A program made the translations under genes and the position numbers. From Patescibacteria group bacterium (lineage in GTDB: Bacteria > Patescibacteriota > Minisyncoccia > Phycocordibacterales > JACOZG01), in NCBI GenBank assembly GCA_034658935.1, contig JAYEGE010000001.1, forward strand, positions 46,295 to 110,294: 64,000 bases of DNA. Reading direction: 5' to 3'. Shown piece after piece: positions 1 to 9,081 of the stretch. The number at the start of each line of letters is the position of its first letter. The stretch's first letter is position 1. The notes under the pieces were generated by a model. The model was not told the origin of the DNA and did no database searches. It saw only the letters and a list, made by a program, of their open reading frames with translations.

Positions 1-1
1 C

Positions 2-310
2 CGCCGCTGAAGCGAAAGTCCCTGAACCAGTATAGGGCACCCCAAGCATATCAAGTTGATTTTGGATTTTACCATCCTCTCCGTATTCCCCATGGAGTGC
101 ATTGAAGAAGACGTCCACCCGCTTACCCACTTCTTGGGGAGTAACAGGCAAACCCGACCAATGCCATTGGCCGTCCTTGGTAATAAGGATATCGTGACCG
201 AGATATTTATCTTCTGGTAAGTGGCGTAAAATACTCTCACCAGTCTTTAGTGAGACCCCATACTCATGACCCCGACCGCCTCGGAGCACTCCCACACGCG
301 CTACATCCAT
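2..310 (-). CDS. ddl: D-alanine--D-alanine ligase (5' part, runs off window)
   Basis: Manual translation from ATG at 310: [24 protein letters not shown]...[19 protein letters not shown]...GVPYTGSG; the GGxxxE/VSL and LHGxxGEDG motifs are diagnostic. Confidence 0.93.
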   Translation of the reverse strand, partial: MDVARVGVLRGGRGHEYGVSLKTGESILRHLPEDKYLGHDILITKDGQWHWSGLPVTPQEVGKRVDVFFNALHGEYGEDGKIQNQLDMLGVPYTGSGTFASAA

Positions 311-329
311 TCTTTTGAACTTTTAATAA

Positions 330-716
330 TTAAGACTGCTTTAGTCGCTCGTTGATCTTAACAATCACATCGTCGAGGGTAAAATTGGCTTTGATTAAGT
401 AATCAGAGGCGCCGAGCCCCTTGGCCTTTTCGATATCCTCCTTCTGTCCGAGATTAGAGAAAACAATCACTGGGACCTTCTTGAGCTCGGCGTCCTTCTT
501 TAATTGGCCTAGGACTTCAAAACCGTTGACTCCAGGCAATAATAAGTCAAGAAGGATTAGGCTAGGATCAGATTTAGCGGCTATTGTTAGGGCACTTTCC
601 CCATCTACCGCTACCGCCACCTCAAAGCCCTCTTTTTCTAGCCGCTTAGCAGTGAGTACCCTTAAGAATTCGTCGTCCTCGACAATCAATACGATCAACT
701 TTTTTTTCTCATCCAT
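330..716 (-). CDS. Single-domain response regulator (receiver)
   Basis: IVEDD acidic pocket, LLDLLLP phospho-Asp, conserved K in YLIK. Confidence 0.92.
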   Translation of the reverse strand: MDEKKKLIVLIVEDDEFLRVLTAKRLEKEGFEVAVAVDGESALTIAAKSDPSLILLDLLLPGVNGFEVLGQLKKDAELKKVPVIVFSNLGQKEDIEKAKGLGASDYLIKANFTLDDVIVKINERLKQS

Positions 717-750
717 ATGGTCTTTTTTTCCTTATTGCTAATCAGAGTTA

Positions 751-1842
751 TTATACCTTAGCCTGCTTTAGAGGGATAGTGAAGTGGAATTCTGTCCCCT
801 TACCCTCTTCACTGACAAACCAGATCTCGCCCCCATGACGAGTGATGATGGTCTTAGCGGCAAACAGCCCCAAACCAAGGCCGTTAGGACTCTTCACGGC
901 AGCATTGCCAGCTCTATAAAAACGACTGAAAATCTTGCCCTGCTCGGCTGCCGGGATACCGATACCTTTATCGGTCACCACCACCTCAAGAATATTACGA
1001 GCGCTATTTAATTTATCATCTTTAAGAGTGACGGTAATATCCTGGGAATCTGGGCTATAGCGGATAGCATTATCTAATAGATTCTCTAACACCATACTCA
1101 TCTTTACTGGGTCCATCTCAACCGGCGGCGCCATCGCAGTGGGCTTACTAAAGATGATAGGCACTTTCTTCTCTTTGGCTGGAGCCGCAAATTCACTAAT
1201 CACACCCTCGATCAATTTGGTCAGATCAGCCGACACAAGATGATAATCCTCTTGGTGGTCTTCGACTATCCTGTCTAGATTTAGTAATTGATTAACGGTG
1301 CTAATTACCCGTTCGACACTGTCGAAACTGGCCTGGAGATAATGCTTCTGATCAGTGGTGACTTTGCCAATTTCATCCTTCAATAACATGTGAAGTGTCC
1401 ACTTGATTGCCGAGAGTGGTGTTCTTAGTTGATGCGTTGTTACCGCCACAAATTCAGATTTAGCCCGCTCCAATTCTTGAAGGTGCTGATTGGCCATAGT
1501 CAGCTCCATATCTTTGGCCTCTAATTCTCGAGTTCTAGTCTCTAAATCCTTGGCTTTCTGCTTGGCGGCCTCTAATTGCCTCTTATCGAGCCCGCCAACG
1601 ACTGGCTTAGGTGGTGGAGTAGCTGGGATATTCAGGCGCGGCCGGCGACGCTGACGGAACCAAGCAAATAAGAAGGGGTTAAAGACTAAAGCTAGAGCGA
1701 AGAGAATAAGAACGGCGGCCAGAGGTGTGCCGCGCGATGGTAGAGGAAAATCCGCTGGCAAAAATTGCTCAAGGGCAAAAGGTGCCAGCACCAAAACAAT
1801 TAGCAACAAGTAATACCAAAAGATCGCGTAGCTTCTGCCCAT
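751..1842 (-). CDS. Membrane sensor histidine kinase
   Basis: Two TM helices, HQLRTPL H-box, NLLDNAIRY N-box, DKGIGI and GLGLGL G-boxes; start placed at MGRSY (1842) behind TGTTATAAT. Confidence 0.92.
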   Translation of the reverse strand: MGRSYAIFWYYLLLIVLVLAPFALEQFLPADFPLPSRGTPLAAVLILFALALVFNPFLFAWFRQRRRPRLNIPATPPPKPVVGGLDKRQLEAAKQKAKDLETRTRELEAKDMELTMANQHLQELERAKSEFVAVTTHQLRTPLSAIKWTLHMLLKDEIGKVTTDQKHYLQASFDSVERVISTVNQLLNLDRIVEDHQEDYHLVSADLTKLIEGVISEFAAPAKEKKVPIIFSKPTAMAPPVEMDPVKMSMVLENLLDNAIRYSPDSQDITVTLKDDKLNSARNILEVVVTDKGIGIPAAEQGKIFSRFYRAGNAAVKSPNGLGLGLFAAKTIITRHGGEIWFVSEEGKGTEFHFTIPLKQAKV

Positions 1843-1908
1843 GTTACAAAAATTATAACATTGCTGAATCCTAAAAAGAAATAAGCTCCTCGCCAATTTT
1901 CCGCAATC

Positions 1909-1931
1909 ACTTGGAGGTTCTTCCTCCAAGT
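1909..1931. repeat. REP-like hairpin family A, copy 1 (ACTTGGAGG-TTCTT-CCTCCAAGT)
   Basis: Perfect 9-bp inverted repeat just upstream of the RAYT; same core at 2384 and 2602. Confidence 0.9.
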
Positions 1932-1945
1932 AGTAAAATTAGAGT

Positions 1946-2599
1946 ATGCCTAGTCGAAAAATAAATTTTGTGGCCGGTGAGTATTACCACGTATATAACC
2001 GCGGCGTAGATAAACGCCGTATATTCGGAGACGAGGAAGATATCGATCGTTTCTTGCAGAGTATAGTTAAATTCAACACAAAAGAACCAATCGGTAGTAT
2101 TTATGAAAATTCTTTTGTTCAAGACTCTAAAAAGAAGCCCCGACGATTGATTTCCCTAATAGCTTACTGCCTTAACCCCAATCACTACCATCTTATAATC
2201 AAGCCCAGGGTTGACAAGGGAGTGGAGTATTTTATGCAACGATTGGGAACTGGTTACAGCTTATATTTCAATACAAAATATCGACGAAGCGGCTCTCTGT
2301 TTCAGGGTAAATTCAAAGCCACATTAATTGATATTAATGAATACTTACTTCACCTTAGCTCCTACGTAAATTTAAACTACAAGGCGCACCAACTTGGAGG
2401 TTCTTCCTCCAAGTTGGTGCGCTCAAGCTGGGAAGAGTACGTCAATCCCAATTTCAGCAAGCCACTGTGCGAAAAAAATATCGTCCTTAGCCAGTTTAGC
2501 GACACCAAAGAATATACTGACTTCGCTAATTCAGCTTTGACTCATACTTTGGACCGTAAAAAGCAGGAAAAAGAATTGAGGGCATTGTTGATCGATTAA
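1946..2599 (+). CDS. rayT: REP-associated tyrosine transposase (RAYT, HUH/Y1 family)
   Basis: YYHVYNRG, NPNHYH (HUH), LFQGKFKA, YVNLN catalytic Tyr; flanked by REP hairpins; no tnpB. Confidence 0.9.
   Translation: MPSRKINFVAGEYYHVYNRGVDKRRIFGDEEDIDRFLQSIVKFNTKEPIGSIYENSFVQDSKKKPRRLISLIAYCLNPNHYHLIIKPRVDKGVEYFMQRLGTGYSLYFNTKYRRSGSLFQGKFKATLIDINEYLLHLSSYVNLNYKAHQLGGSSSKLVRSSWEEYVNPNFSKPLCEKNIVLSQFSDTKEYTDFANSALTHTLDRKKQEKELRALLID
2384..2422. repeat. REP-like hairpin family A, copy 2, inside the RAYT ORF
   Basis: Perfect 17-bp stem GCGCACCAACTTGGAGG / CCTCCAAGTTGGTGCGC, loop TTCTT. Confidence 0.9.
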
Positions 2600-2601
2600 T
2601 T

Positions 2602-2628
2602 CCACTTGGAGGTTCTTCCTCCAGGTGG
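2602..2628. repeat. REP-like hairpin family A, copy 3
   Basis: CCACTTGGAGG-TTCTT-CCTCCAGGTGG immediately after the RAYT stop. Confidence 0.9.
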
Positions 2629-2638
2629 GTGAATATAG

Positions 2639-3841
2639 TTAGAGGTGGCGGAGTTTGCGGTGGTAAAAGAGGGCGAAACGGTGGGATTCGGCGTTGGCAA
2701 GGATGATAGCGGCCTCATGTTCATGGGCCAACTTCTTATTGCCAATGATTTCTTTGGCACGGTGGCGCTCATTTTTGGTCACTGCAACAACAGTAATCTC
2801 GTGGCCCATTTCTCGTACAATCTTGCGGGCCACATTGAGCTGCCCCTTACCGCCGTCCACTACAATCAGGCTCGGGTAAGGCCATTCTGGGTGGTCTAGG
2901 CGCCGTTTTAAGACCTCACACAGGCCGCCATAGTCATCTCCACTCTTAGTTGTCCGTAACTTAAAACGCCGATAAAGATCAGGTCTCTTGTCACCATTCT
3001 GCCAAACCGTCATCGCCGCTACGGCCCCCACCCCAGCCAAGTGAGCCACATCATAAGCCTCAATCCGATAATCGGCCGCCTTCTTCTCTGCTCCGCTAGT
3101 AATCATCGCCACATCGCGAATATGCTGGAGAGTAAATAAACGTCGCTTGACCAGCTCGGCTTCTTCAAATTTCTGTCCCTTAGCCAATTGCTTCATCTCT
3201 TTCTCCAATAGAGCGACTAATTGTTTCTTTCTGCCATGCAGGAAGAGGCGTAGCTTCCTAAGCTGCTTACGATAATCAGTACGACTAATATCGCCAGCGC
3301 ATACCCCAGGACATAAACCAATCTGAGCATTGAAACAAGGCTTCCCTTTTCCAGGGGCGCAGGTGTCTCGGAAAGGAAATAGGCGTCTAATAATTTTTAG
3401 CCCCTCCTTTATCTCTTTAGAATTTGGGAAAGGGCCGATGATATCGAGAAACTTCCCTTCTCTTATTTCTCGTCCCCTTTTTAATAAAACAGCGGGCCAA
3501 TCCTCTTTCGTTATTACTACATGATAGAGACCGCCCAGATCTCGCTCCACGGTGTTGTAGGGGGGCTTGTGTTTATTAATCAACTCTATCTCCAAGAGCA
3601 AGGCTTCGAGAACAGAATCTGTTAGCCGATAATCTACACTCGTGACTTTTTCAACCATTGCCGCGATCTTCGCTCCTCGATCGGCTGCGATGCGGCCACC
3701 AAAATAGCTCCGAGCCCGAGACCGTAAAGAAGTTGCCTTACCCACGTATAAAATTTCTCGGCTTTTTTCGAAAAGATAAACCCCCGGTTGATCAGGCAAT
3801 TCCTTTAATTGCTTACTTAATGTCTTTGACATTTTCTTCAT
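2639..3841 (-). CDS. uvrC: Excinuclease ABC subunit C (short form, no C-terminal HhH)
   Basis: GIY-YIG (PGVYLF, YVGKA), UVR domain, RIEAYDVAH, DGGKGQL, ESHRFA; start 3841 lies 6 nt behind a -10-like TGTAAT. Confidence 0.9.
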   Translation of the reverse strand: MKKMSKTLSKQLKELPDQPGVYLFEKSREILYVGKATSLRSRARSYFGGRIAADRGAKIAAMVEKVTSVDYRLTDSVLEALLLEIELINKHKPPYNTVERDLGGLYHVVITKEDWPAVLLKRGREIREGKFLDIIGPFPNSKEIKEGLKIIRRLFPFRDTCAPGKGKPCFNAQIGLCPGVCAGDISRTDYRKQLRKLRLFLHGRKKQLVALLEKEMKQLAKGQKFEEAELVKRRLFTLQHIRDVAMITSGAEKKAADYRIEAYDVAHLAGVGAVAAMTVWQNGDKRPDLYRRFKLRTTKSGDDYGGLCEVLKRRLDHPEWPYPSLIVVDGGKGQLNVARKIVREMGHEITVVAVTKNERHRAKEIIGNKKLAHEHEAAIILANAESHRFALFYHRKLRHL

Positions 3842-3877
3842 AAGAGAATTACACTGTGGAGCGAAGGAGGATTCGCC

Positions 3878-3924
3878 GATTTGGACACTTGGTGTCTGGG
3901 AGTTCGACACCGAGTGTCTAAATC
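3878..3924. repeat. Palindromic element family B (doublet of GACAC-N3-GTGTC), intergenic
   Basis: GATTTGGACACTTGGTGTC-TGGGAGTTC-GACACCGAGTGTCTAAATC; near-identical to 19424-19476. Confidence 0.88.
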
Positions 3925-6502
3925 ATTTCTGTAAAATCCTCCTTAAATACTTAGCGGTATGAGAATCTTTAGATTGCGCCACCTCCTCTGGCGTACCCTT
4001 AGCCACCAATTTACCGCCATCAGATCCTCCCTCTGGCCCCAAATCAATTACATAATCAGCATTCTTCACAATCTCCAGATTATGTTCAATGACGATGACT
4101 GTGTTCCCCCTATCCACTAGGCGATGCAGAATGGTCACCAAATTATTCACGTCTTCATAATGTAGACCGATGGTTGGTTCATCTAGTAGATACACAGTTC
4201 GCTCAGTTTGTGGGCGATACAGTTCAGAGGAAATTTTAACTCGTTGGGCTTCGCCGCCAGAGAGAGTAGTTGCTGGCTGACCGAGCTCTAGATAACCCAA
4301 ACCCACCTCATCAAGAGTCTTCAGCCTATCGTTAATCGCTGGGATATCCTTAAAAAACTTTAGAGCCTCTTCAGCAGTTAGGCGCAACACTTCTTCGATA
4401 TTTTTCTCCCGATATTTAACCTCTAGGGTCTCCTTGGTAAAACGCTTGCCACGGCAAATATCACATTCCACATAGACGGTTGGTAGGAAATGCATTTCTA
4501 CAGCAATCAGTCCATTGCCCTGGCAGGCCTCACAACGACCCCCCTTAACATTGAAAGAAAAGCGTCCCGCTTTCCACCCCTTAACTCGAGCGGCCTCAGT
4601 GGCCGCAAAAAGATCGCGGATATGAGTCCAAGCACCAGTATAAGTCGCTGGGTTTGAGCGCGGCGTTCGACCAATCGGCGACTGATCAATCAAGATAGTG
4701 CGATTAACATATTCGGTGCCACTAAATTCTCGACAATTGAAGATCCCAGCACTCCGATGACGCCGGTCGAAACGAGCTCGCAAGTTCTGATGTAAAATTT
4801 CGTAAACCAGGCTAGATTTACCAGAACCAGAGACGCCGGTCACCGCCACCAAGCGCCCCAAGGGCACATCGAGATTAATGTTCTTGATGTTAAAGATATT
4901 GCCGCCGCGGATTTTCAACATGCCTTTATTTTTATCACGCCGTTTATCTGGGGCCGCCACTTCCTTCTCCCCTCGCAGATAATCAACCGTCAAGGAGTTG
5001 AAATTGTTTTTCTTAGCAGTCAATAATTTGTCTGTCTCATCAGCCACTACAATCTTGCCACCGTGAACACCGGCCCCCGGACCAATATCGACCAAGAAAT
5101 CTGAAGAATAGATGGTGTCCTCGTCGTGCTCGACTACAATGATGGTATTGCCTAAGTCACGCAGCTCCTTGAGAGTTTTGAGTAACCTGGCATTATCTCG
5201 CGAATGGAGACCAATGGTTGGTTCATCCAAGACGTAGAGGGCACCAACCAACCGCGAACCTAATTGGCTGGCCAAGCGAATACGTTGAGATTCCCCGCCA
5301 GAGAGGGTATTGGCCCGCCTATCAAGTGTTAAGTAATTCAAGCCGACGTCAAGTAGAAATTGGAGACGTGACTCAATTTCCTTAAGTACCACTTTAGCGA
5401 TCTCCCGTTCTTTGGTTGTTAATTTGAGGTCTTTGAAGAATTGACTAGCCTTATCTATTGAGAAAGCTGTTAATTGAACAATATTAGTTTTCCCACCCAA
5501 GAAAATATGGAGGGCTTCCGAACGCAATCGACTGCCGTGGCAAGTTTCGCAGGGGTCATTACCGAATAGATGTTTAGTGCCCAATCCGTGACATTCTGGG
5601 CAAGCACCATAAGGAGAGTTAAAGGAAAAAAGTCGAGGCTCTACTTCCGGGTAAGAGAAGCCGTCATGCGGGCAAGCGAAGCGAGCTGACAAAATAAGAT
5701 CGGCATCGTCCAGGATTATCCGCACCAATCCATCCGACTCATCGAGAGCTCGCTCTACCGCCTCGGCCAGGCGCTCTGCCGCTACCTCACGTATTGCTCC
5801 ATCAATATCTTTAGCCAAAGACCCGCGACGCTTAGAGCGGGCCAATTCACTAAGCTCGATCTCGTCAATCAAGACGTCGATCTCGTGTTTCTTATTCTTT
5901 TCTAAAACAATCCGCTCTCGGAGTTTCTTGGCCTTACCATCCACTCGCACTTCGTTGAAGCCCTTATCTAATAAGTCGTAGAGCAATTGATAATACTCCC
6001 CCTTACGACCACGAATTAGCGGAGCATAAATTTTAAGCGAGCCACTTTTTTTATCAGCGGTAACTACTCGCTTCTTAACAAGACTGATGATCTCGCTGGC
6101 CGAGAGCTTCTCAATCGGACGATTACAAACGAGACAATGGGGCTTACCTATACGAGCATAAAGTACACGTAGATAATCATAAATCTCAGTAATAGTCGCC
6201 ACTGTGGAGCGTGGGTTAGAAGAGCGCGTCTTCTGGTCAATGGAGATAGCTGGCGATAAACCCCGAATATCATCAACATCTGGCTTCTGCATCGTATTCA
6301 AAAATTGCCGGGCATAAGCGCTAAGTGACTCAACATAACGTCGCTGTCCCTCAGCAAAGATGGTGTCAAAAGCCAACGATGATTTTCCTGAACCCGACAG
6401 ACCAGTAAAAACCACCAACTTATTACGTGGCAATGTTACTGTGATATTTCGCAGATTGTGGGTCCGCGCGCCCTTAATGATTATCTTTCCCTGATCAGCC
6501 AT
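3923..6502 (-). CDS. uvrA: Excinuclease ABC subunit A
   Basis: [23 protein letters not shown], two LSGGE signatures, Zn-finger Cys pairs. Confidence 0.98.
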   Translation of the reverse strand: MADQGKIIIKGARTHNLRNITVTLPRNKLVVFTGLSGSGKSSLAFDTIFAEGQRRYVESLSAYARQFLNTMQKPDVDDIRGLSPAISIDQKTRSSNPRSTVATITEIYDYLRVLYARIGKPHCLVCNRPIEKLSASEIISLVKKRVVTADKKSGSLKIYAPLIRGRKGEYYQLLYDLLDKGFNEVRVDGKAKKLRERIVLEKNKKHEIDVLIDEIELSELARSKRRGSLAKDIDGAIREVAAERLAEAVERALDESDGLVRIILDDADLILSARFACPHDGFSYPEVEPRLFSFNSPYGACPECHGLGTKHLFGNDPCETCHGSRLRSEALHIFLGGKTNIVQLTAFSIDKASQFFKDLKLTTKEREIAKVVLKEIESRLQFLLDVGLNYLTLDRRANTLSGGESQRIRLASQLGSRLVGALYVLDEPTIGLHSRDNARLLKTLKELRDLGNTIIVVEHDEDTIYSSDFLVDIGPGAGVHGGKIVVADETDKLLTAKKNNFNSLTVDYLRGEKEVAAPDKRRDKNKGMLKIRGGNIFNIKNINLDVPLGRLVAVTGVSGSGKSSLVYEILHQNLRARFDRRHRSAGIFNCREFSGTEYVNRTILIDQSPIGRTPRSNPATYTGAWTHIRDLFAATEAARVKGWKAGRFSFNVKGGRCEACQGNGLIAVEMHFLPTVYVECDICRGKRFTKETLEVKYREKNIEEVLRLTAEEALKFFKDIPAINDRLKTLDEVGLGYLELGQPATTLSGGEAQRVKISSELYRPQTERTVYLLDEPTIGLHYEDVNNLVTILHRLVDRGNTVIVIEHNLEIVKNADYVIDLGPEGGSDGGKLVAKGTPEEVAQSKDSHTAKYLRRILQK

Positions 6503-6599
6503 AAAATAGTGAAGCGACGAGAAAGTTTAACATAAAAATTGACTATTAGCAAAACCCAGGGCAGTATTAGAGCAGATTTCGATCTAGAAAGGAGGGGCC

Positions 6600-6866
6600 A
6601 TGAACCCACAAAGCAGTGAGATGTCTCAAGAACGCGCCCTATGGTGGGCCAAGTTTTTCTTAAGGCAACTGCGTCTCAAGATTGGGAAAAAACGTAGGCG
6701 GCGAGTCACGAAACAGATGCTAGTCGAAAGGATGTTATTCGATGAAATGATTAAGTATGTCGGCATTGCCAGATGCCGCCTAAAGGACATCGGCACCAAC
6801 GATGAGGAGCTTGGCCGGCTCATGCCTAAGTACAGCAAGCCCATCCCACCCGCCGAGGACGATTGA
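6600..6866 (+). CDS. Basic hypothetical protein (ORFan) between uvrB and uvrA, opposite strand
   Basis: AAAGGAGG SD at 6588-6595, TTGACT at 6539-6544, hairpin plus T-run at about 6850-6891. Confidence 0.6.
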   Translation: MNPQSSEMSQERALWWAKFFLRQLRLKIGKKRRRRVTKQMLVERMLFDEMIKYVGIARCRLKDIGTNDEELGRLMPKYSKPIPPAEDD

Positions 6867-6892
6867 TCAGCAATCATCACCGGCGGGTTTTC

Positions 6893-8965
6893 CTACCCCT
6901 CCGCCGTCAGGGCCTTAATCTCATCTCGCAAAAGGGCGGCGGTTTCAAAATCGAGCTCGCGAACGGCGGCGTTCATCTGCCTGGTCTTCTCTTTAATCAC
7001 CTTAAATAATTTCTTTCCGTAAAGTTGTTTATCCAAAGCAACTAATTTCTTAATAGTTTTCTCGTGCTCACTTTCGATACTGGCAGTGATATCTTTAATG
7101 TTTTTTGTAATAGTCTGCGGAGTAATGCCATGTCGTTTGTTATAAGTAAGTTGCTTCTTACGTCGTCTATCAGTCTCCTTAATGGCATTGGCCATCGAAC
7201 CTGTTACCTGGTCGGCATAGAGGATCACTCGGCCATTAACGTTACGCGCCGCCCGACCGATAGTTTGGATTAGGGCAACCTCCGAACGCAGAAAGCCCTC
7301 CTTATCGGCATCTAAGATCCCGATCAAAGTAACCTCTGGCAAGTCGAGACCCTCACGGAGTAAGTTAACGCCAACAATACAATCATGGCCACCCGCCTCT
7401 GAACCATGACGAAAAGCAGTCAGAGTCTTGATACGATCTAGGGTTTTAACTTCACTATGCAAATACTCCGCTTTAATCCCCTGCTTCTTCAGAAACTCGC
7501 TTAAATCTTCGGCCATCTTCTTGGTCAGGGTGGTAGCCAACACGCGCCCGCCTTTCTCTATCGCTACCTTGGCCTCCTTTATAAAATCTTCTACTTGCCC
7601 TTCGTATTTATCCGCGCTAACAATAGGGCGAACCAATATCTCTGGATCGACTAAACCAGTGGGTCGAATTACCTGTTCGACAATTTGCCCCTTGGGCAGC
7701 TTACCATGCTCTCGCTCAAATTCCCCCGGCGTAGCGCTGGTATAGATAATAGGCCCCACCCGCCCCAAAAACTCGTCGAACTTAAGCGGTCGATTATCTA
7801 GAGCGCTAGGTAGGCGGAAACCATATTCGATCAGAGTTTTCTTCCGGCTCTGATCGCCAGCATACATCCCCCCGATTTGGGGCAAAGTAACATGCGATTC
7901 GTCGACAATGGTCAGAAAATCCGCCTCCCCCGGCAGGACACCGGGTGTTGGGGCATCTTTAACGCCCGGTGTCCGCCGGGGAAAATATGATAATAATGTG
8001 TCTGGCGCCGACCCAGGTTTACGACCAGAGAGATGGCGAGAGTAATTCTCTATTCCACTGGTATAACCAACCTCGCGAATCATCGCTAGGTCATAAGTTG
8101 TCCGCCGCCTCAACCGCTCAGCTTCGAGCATACTCCCCTCCTTTTCTAATTGTTTCAACCTCTCCCCGAGTTCTTGCTCAATGGTCTTGAGGGCGGCCTC
8201 ACGCTTAGGCTTGCTGGTGATAAAATGCTTGGCAGGAAAAAGAAAAACGCTCTTGGGCTTGTCTCGGATCACTCGTGTAATAGCATCAATAGTTTCGATC
8301 AAGGCGATTCGTTCCCCCTCAATAGTTAATTGATATATTTCCGTTCCCGAGGGTGGCATTATCTCTACCCTATTGCCGATGGCCCGGAAAACGCCCCCGC
8401 TCAAATCAGCTGTAGTTCTAGTGTAATGAGTCTGAATCAATTTCCGCAATAATTCCGATCGGCCGTAGCGTTGACCAACCTCTAATTTAAGATGTTGAGC
8501 CTCATAATCCTCGGGTGAACCAAGGCCATAAATACAAGAAACGGAGGCGACAATAATAACGTCACGACGAGTAAGCAAAGCTTGAGTCGAAGCATGGCGG
8601 AGCCTGTCGATCTCAGCATTGATTTTGGCATCCTTCTCAATATAGGTATCGGTCGCCGCCACGTAAGCCTCGGGCTGATAATAATCATAATAAGAAACAA
8701 AATAATGCACCGCGTGATTGGGAAAGAAATCTTGATACTCCTGAGCCAGCTGGGCCGCTAAAGTTTTGTTATGAGCAATAACTAAAACCGGCTTATTATA
8801 CTGAGCAATTACATTAGCCATGCTGAAGGTCTTGCCCGAGCCAGTCACGCCAAATAAGGTCTGGTGGTCCATACCTTTCTTTAGCCCATTAACCAAGGCA
8901 GAGATCGCCTCCGGCTGATCACCCGCCGGCTTATATTGAGATTCTAATTTGAAAATAGATGACAT
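6893..8965 (-). CDS. uvrB: Excinuclease ABC subunit B
   Basis: GVTGSGKTF, HNKTLAAQL, YYDYYQPEAY, DESH, NLLREGLDLPEV, C-terminal UVR domain. Confidence 0.98.
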   Translation of the reverse strand: MSSIFKLESQYKPAGDQPEAISALVNGLKKGMDHQTLFGVTGSGKTFSMANVIAQYNKPVLVIAHNKTLAAQLAQEYQDFFPNHAVHYFVSYYDYYQPEAYVAATDTYIEKDAKINAEIDRLRHASTQALLTRRDVIIVASVSCIYGLGSPEDYEAQHLKLEVGQRYGRSELLRKLIQTHYTRTTADLSGGVFRAIGNRVEIMPPSGTEIYQLTIEGERIALIETIDAITRVIRDKPKSVFLFPAKHFITSKPKREAALKTIEQELGERLKQLEKEGSMLEAERLRRRTTYDLAMIREVGYTSGIENYSRHLSGRKPGSAPDTLLSYFPRRTPGVKDAPTPGVLPGEADFLTIVDESHVTLPQIGGMYAGDQSRKKTLIEYGFRLPSALDNRPLKFDEFLGRVGPIIYTSATPGEFEREHGKLPKGQIVEQVIRPTGLVDPEILVRPIVSADKYEGQVEDFIKEAKVAIEKGGRVLATTLTKKMAEDLSEFLKKQGIKAEYLHSEVKTLDRIKTLTAFRHGSEAGGHDCIVGVNLLREGLDLPEVTLIGILDADKEGFLRSEVALIQTIGRAARNVNGRVILYADQVTGSMANAIKETDRRRKKQLTYNKRHGITPQTITKNIKDITASIESEHEKTIKKLVALDKQLYGKKLFKVIKEKTRQMNAAVRELDFETAALLRDEIKALTAEG
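7929..7980. repeat. Family-B-related palindrome inserted in frame in uvrB
   Basis: CCCGGC-A-GGACACCGGGTGTT...AACGCCCGGTGTCC-GCCGGG; encodes RRTPGVKDAPTPGVLPG between YFP and DFLTIVDESH. Confidence 0.8.
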
Positions 8966-9005
8966 GAACCATTACACCATGACAGTAATCTGCTTTTTCT
9001 GCAAT

Positions 9006-9035
9006 AAAAAGAACCCCCTGGTGTACACCAGGGGG
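9006..9035 (-). terminator. Intrinsic terminator of the secretin gene
   Basis: CCCCCTGGTG/CACCAGGGGG stem followed by a T-rich tract on the minus strand. Confidence 0.75.
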
Positions 9036-9081
9036 CTTGGCGCATTGCGCCGACCTTACTTGGCCGTCTGACCGACCATGT

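Noticed and set aside
1946-2599. IS200/IS605 element with TnpB
   Set aside because: No tnpB; length, motifs and identical hairpins on both sides fit a RAYT
5770-5860. Extra residues in the UvrA UvrB-binding region as another palindromic insertion
   Set aside because: No inverted repeat or family core visible in the DNA
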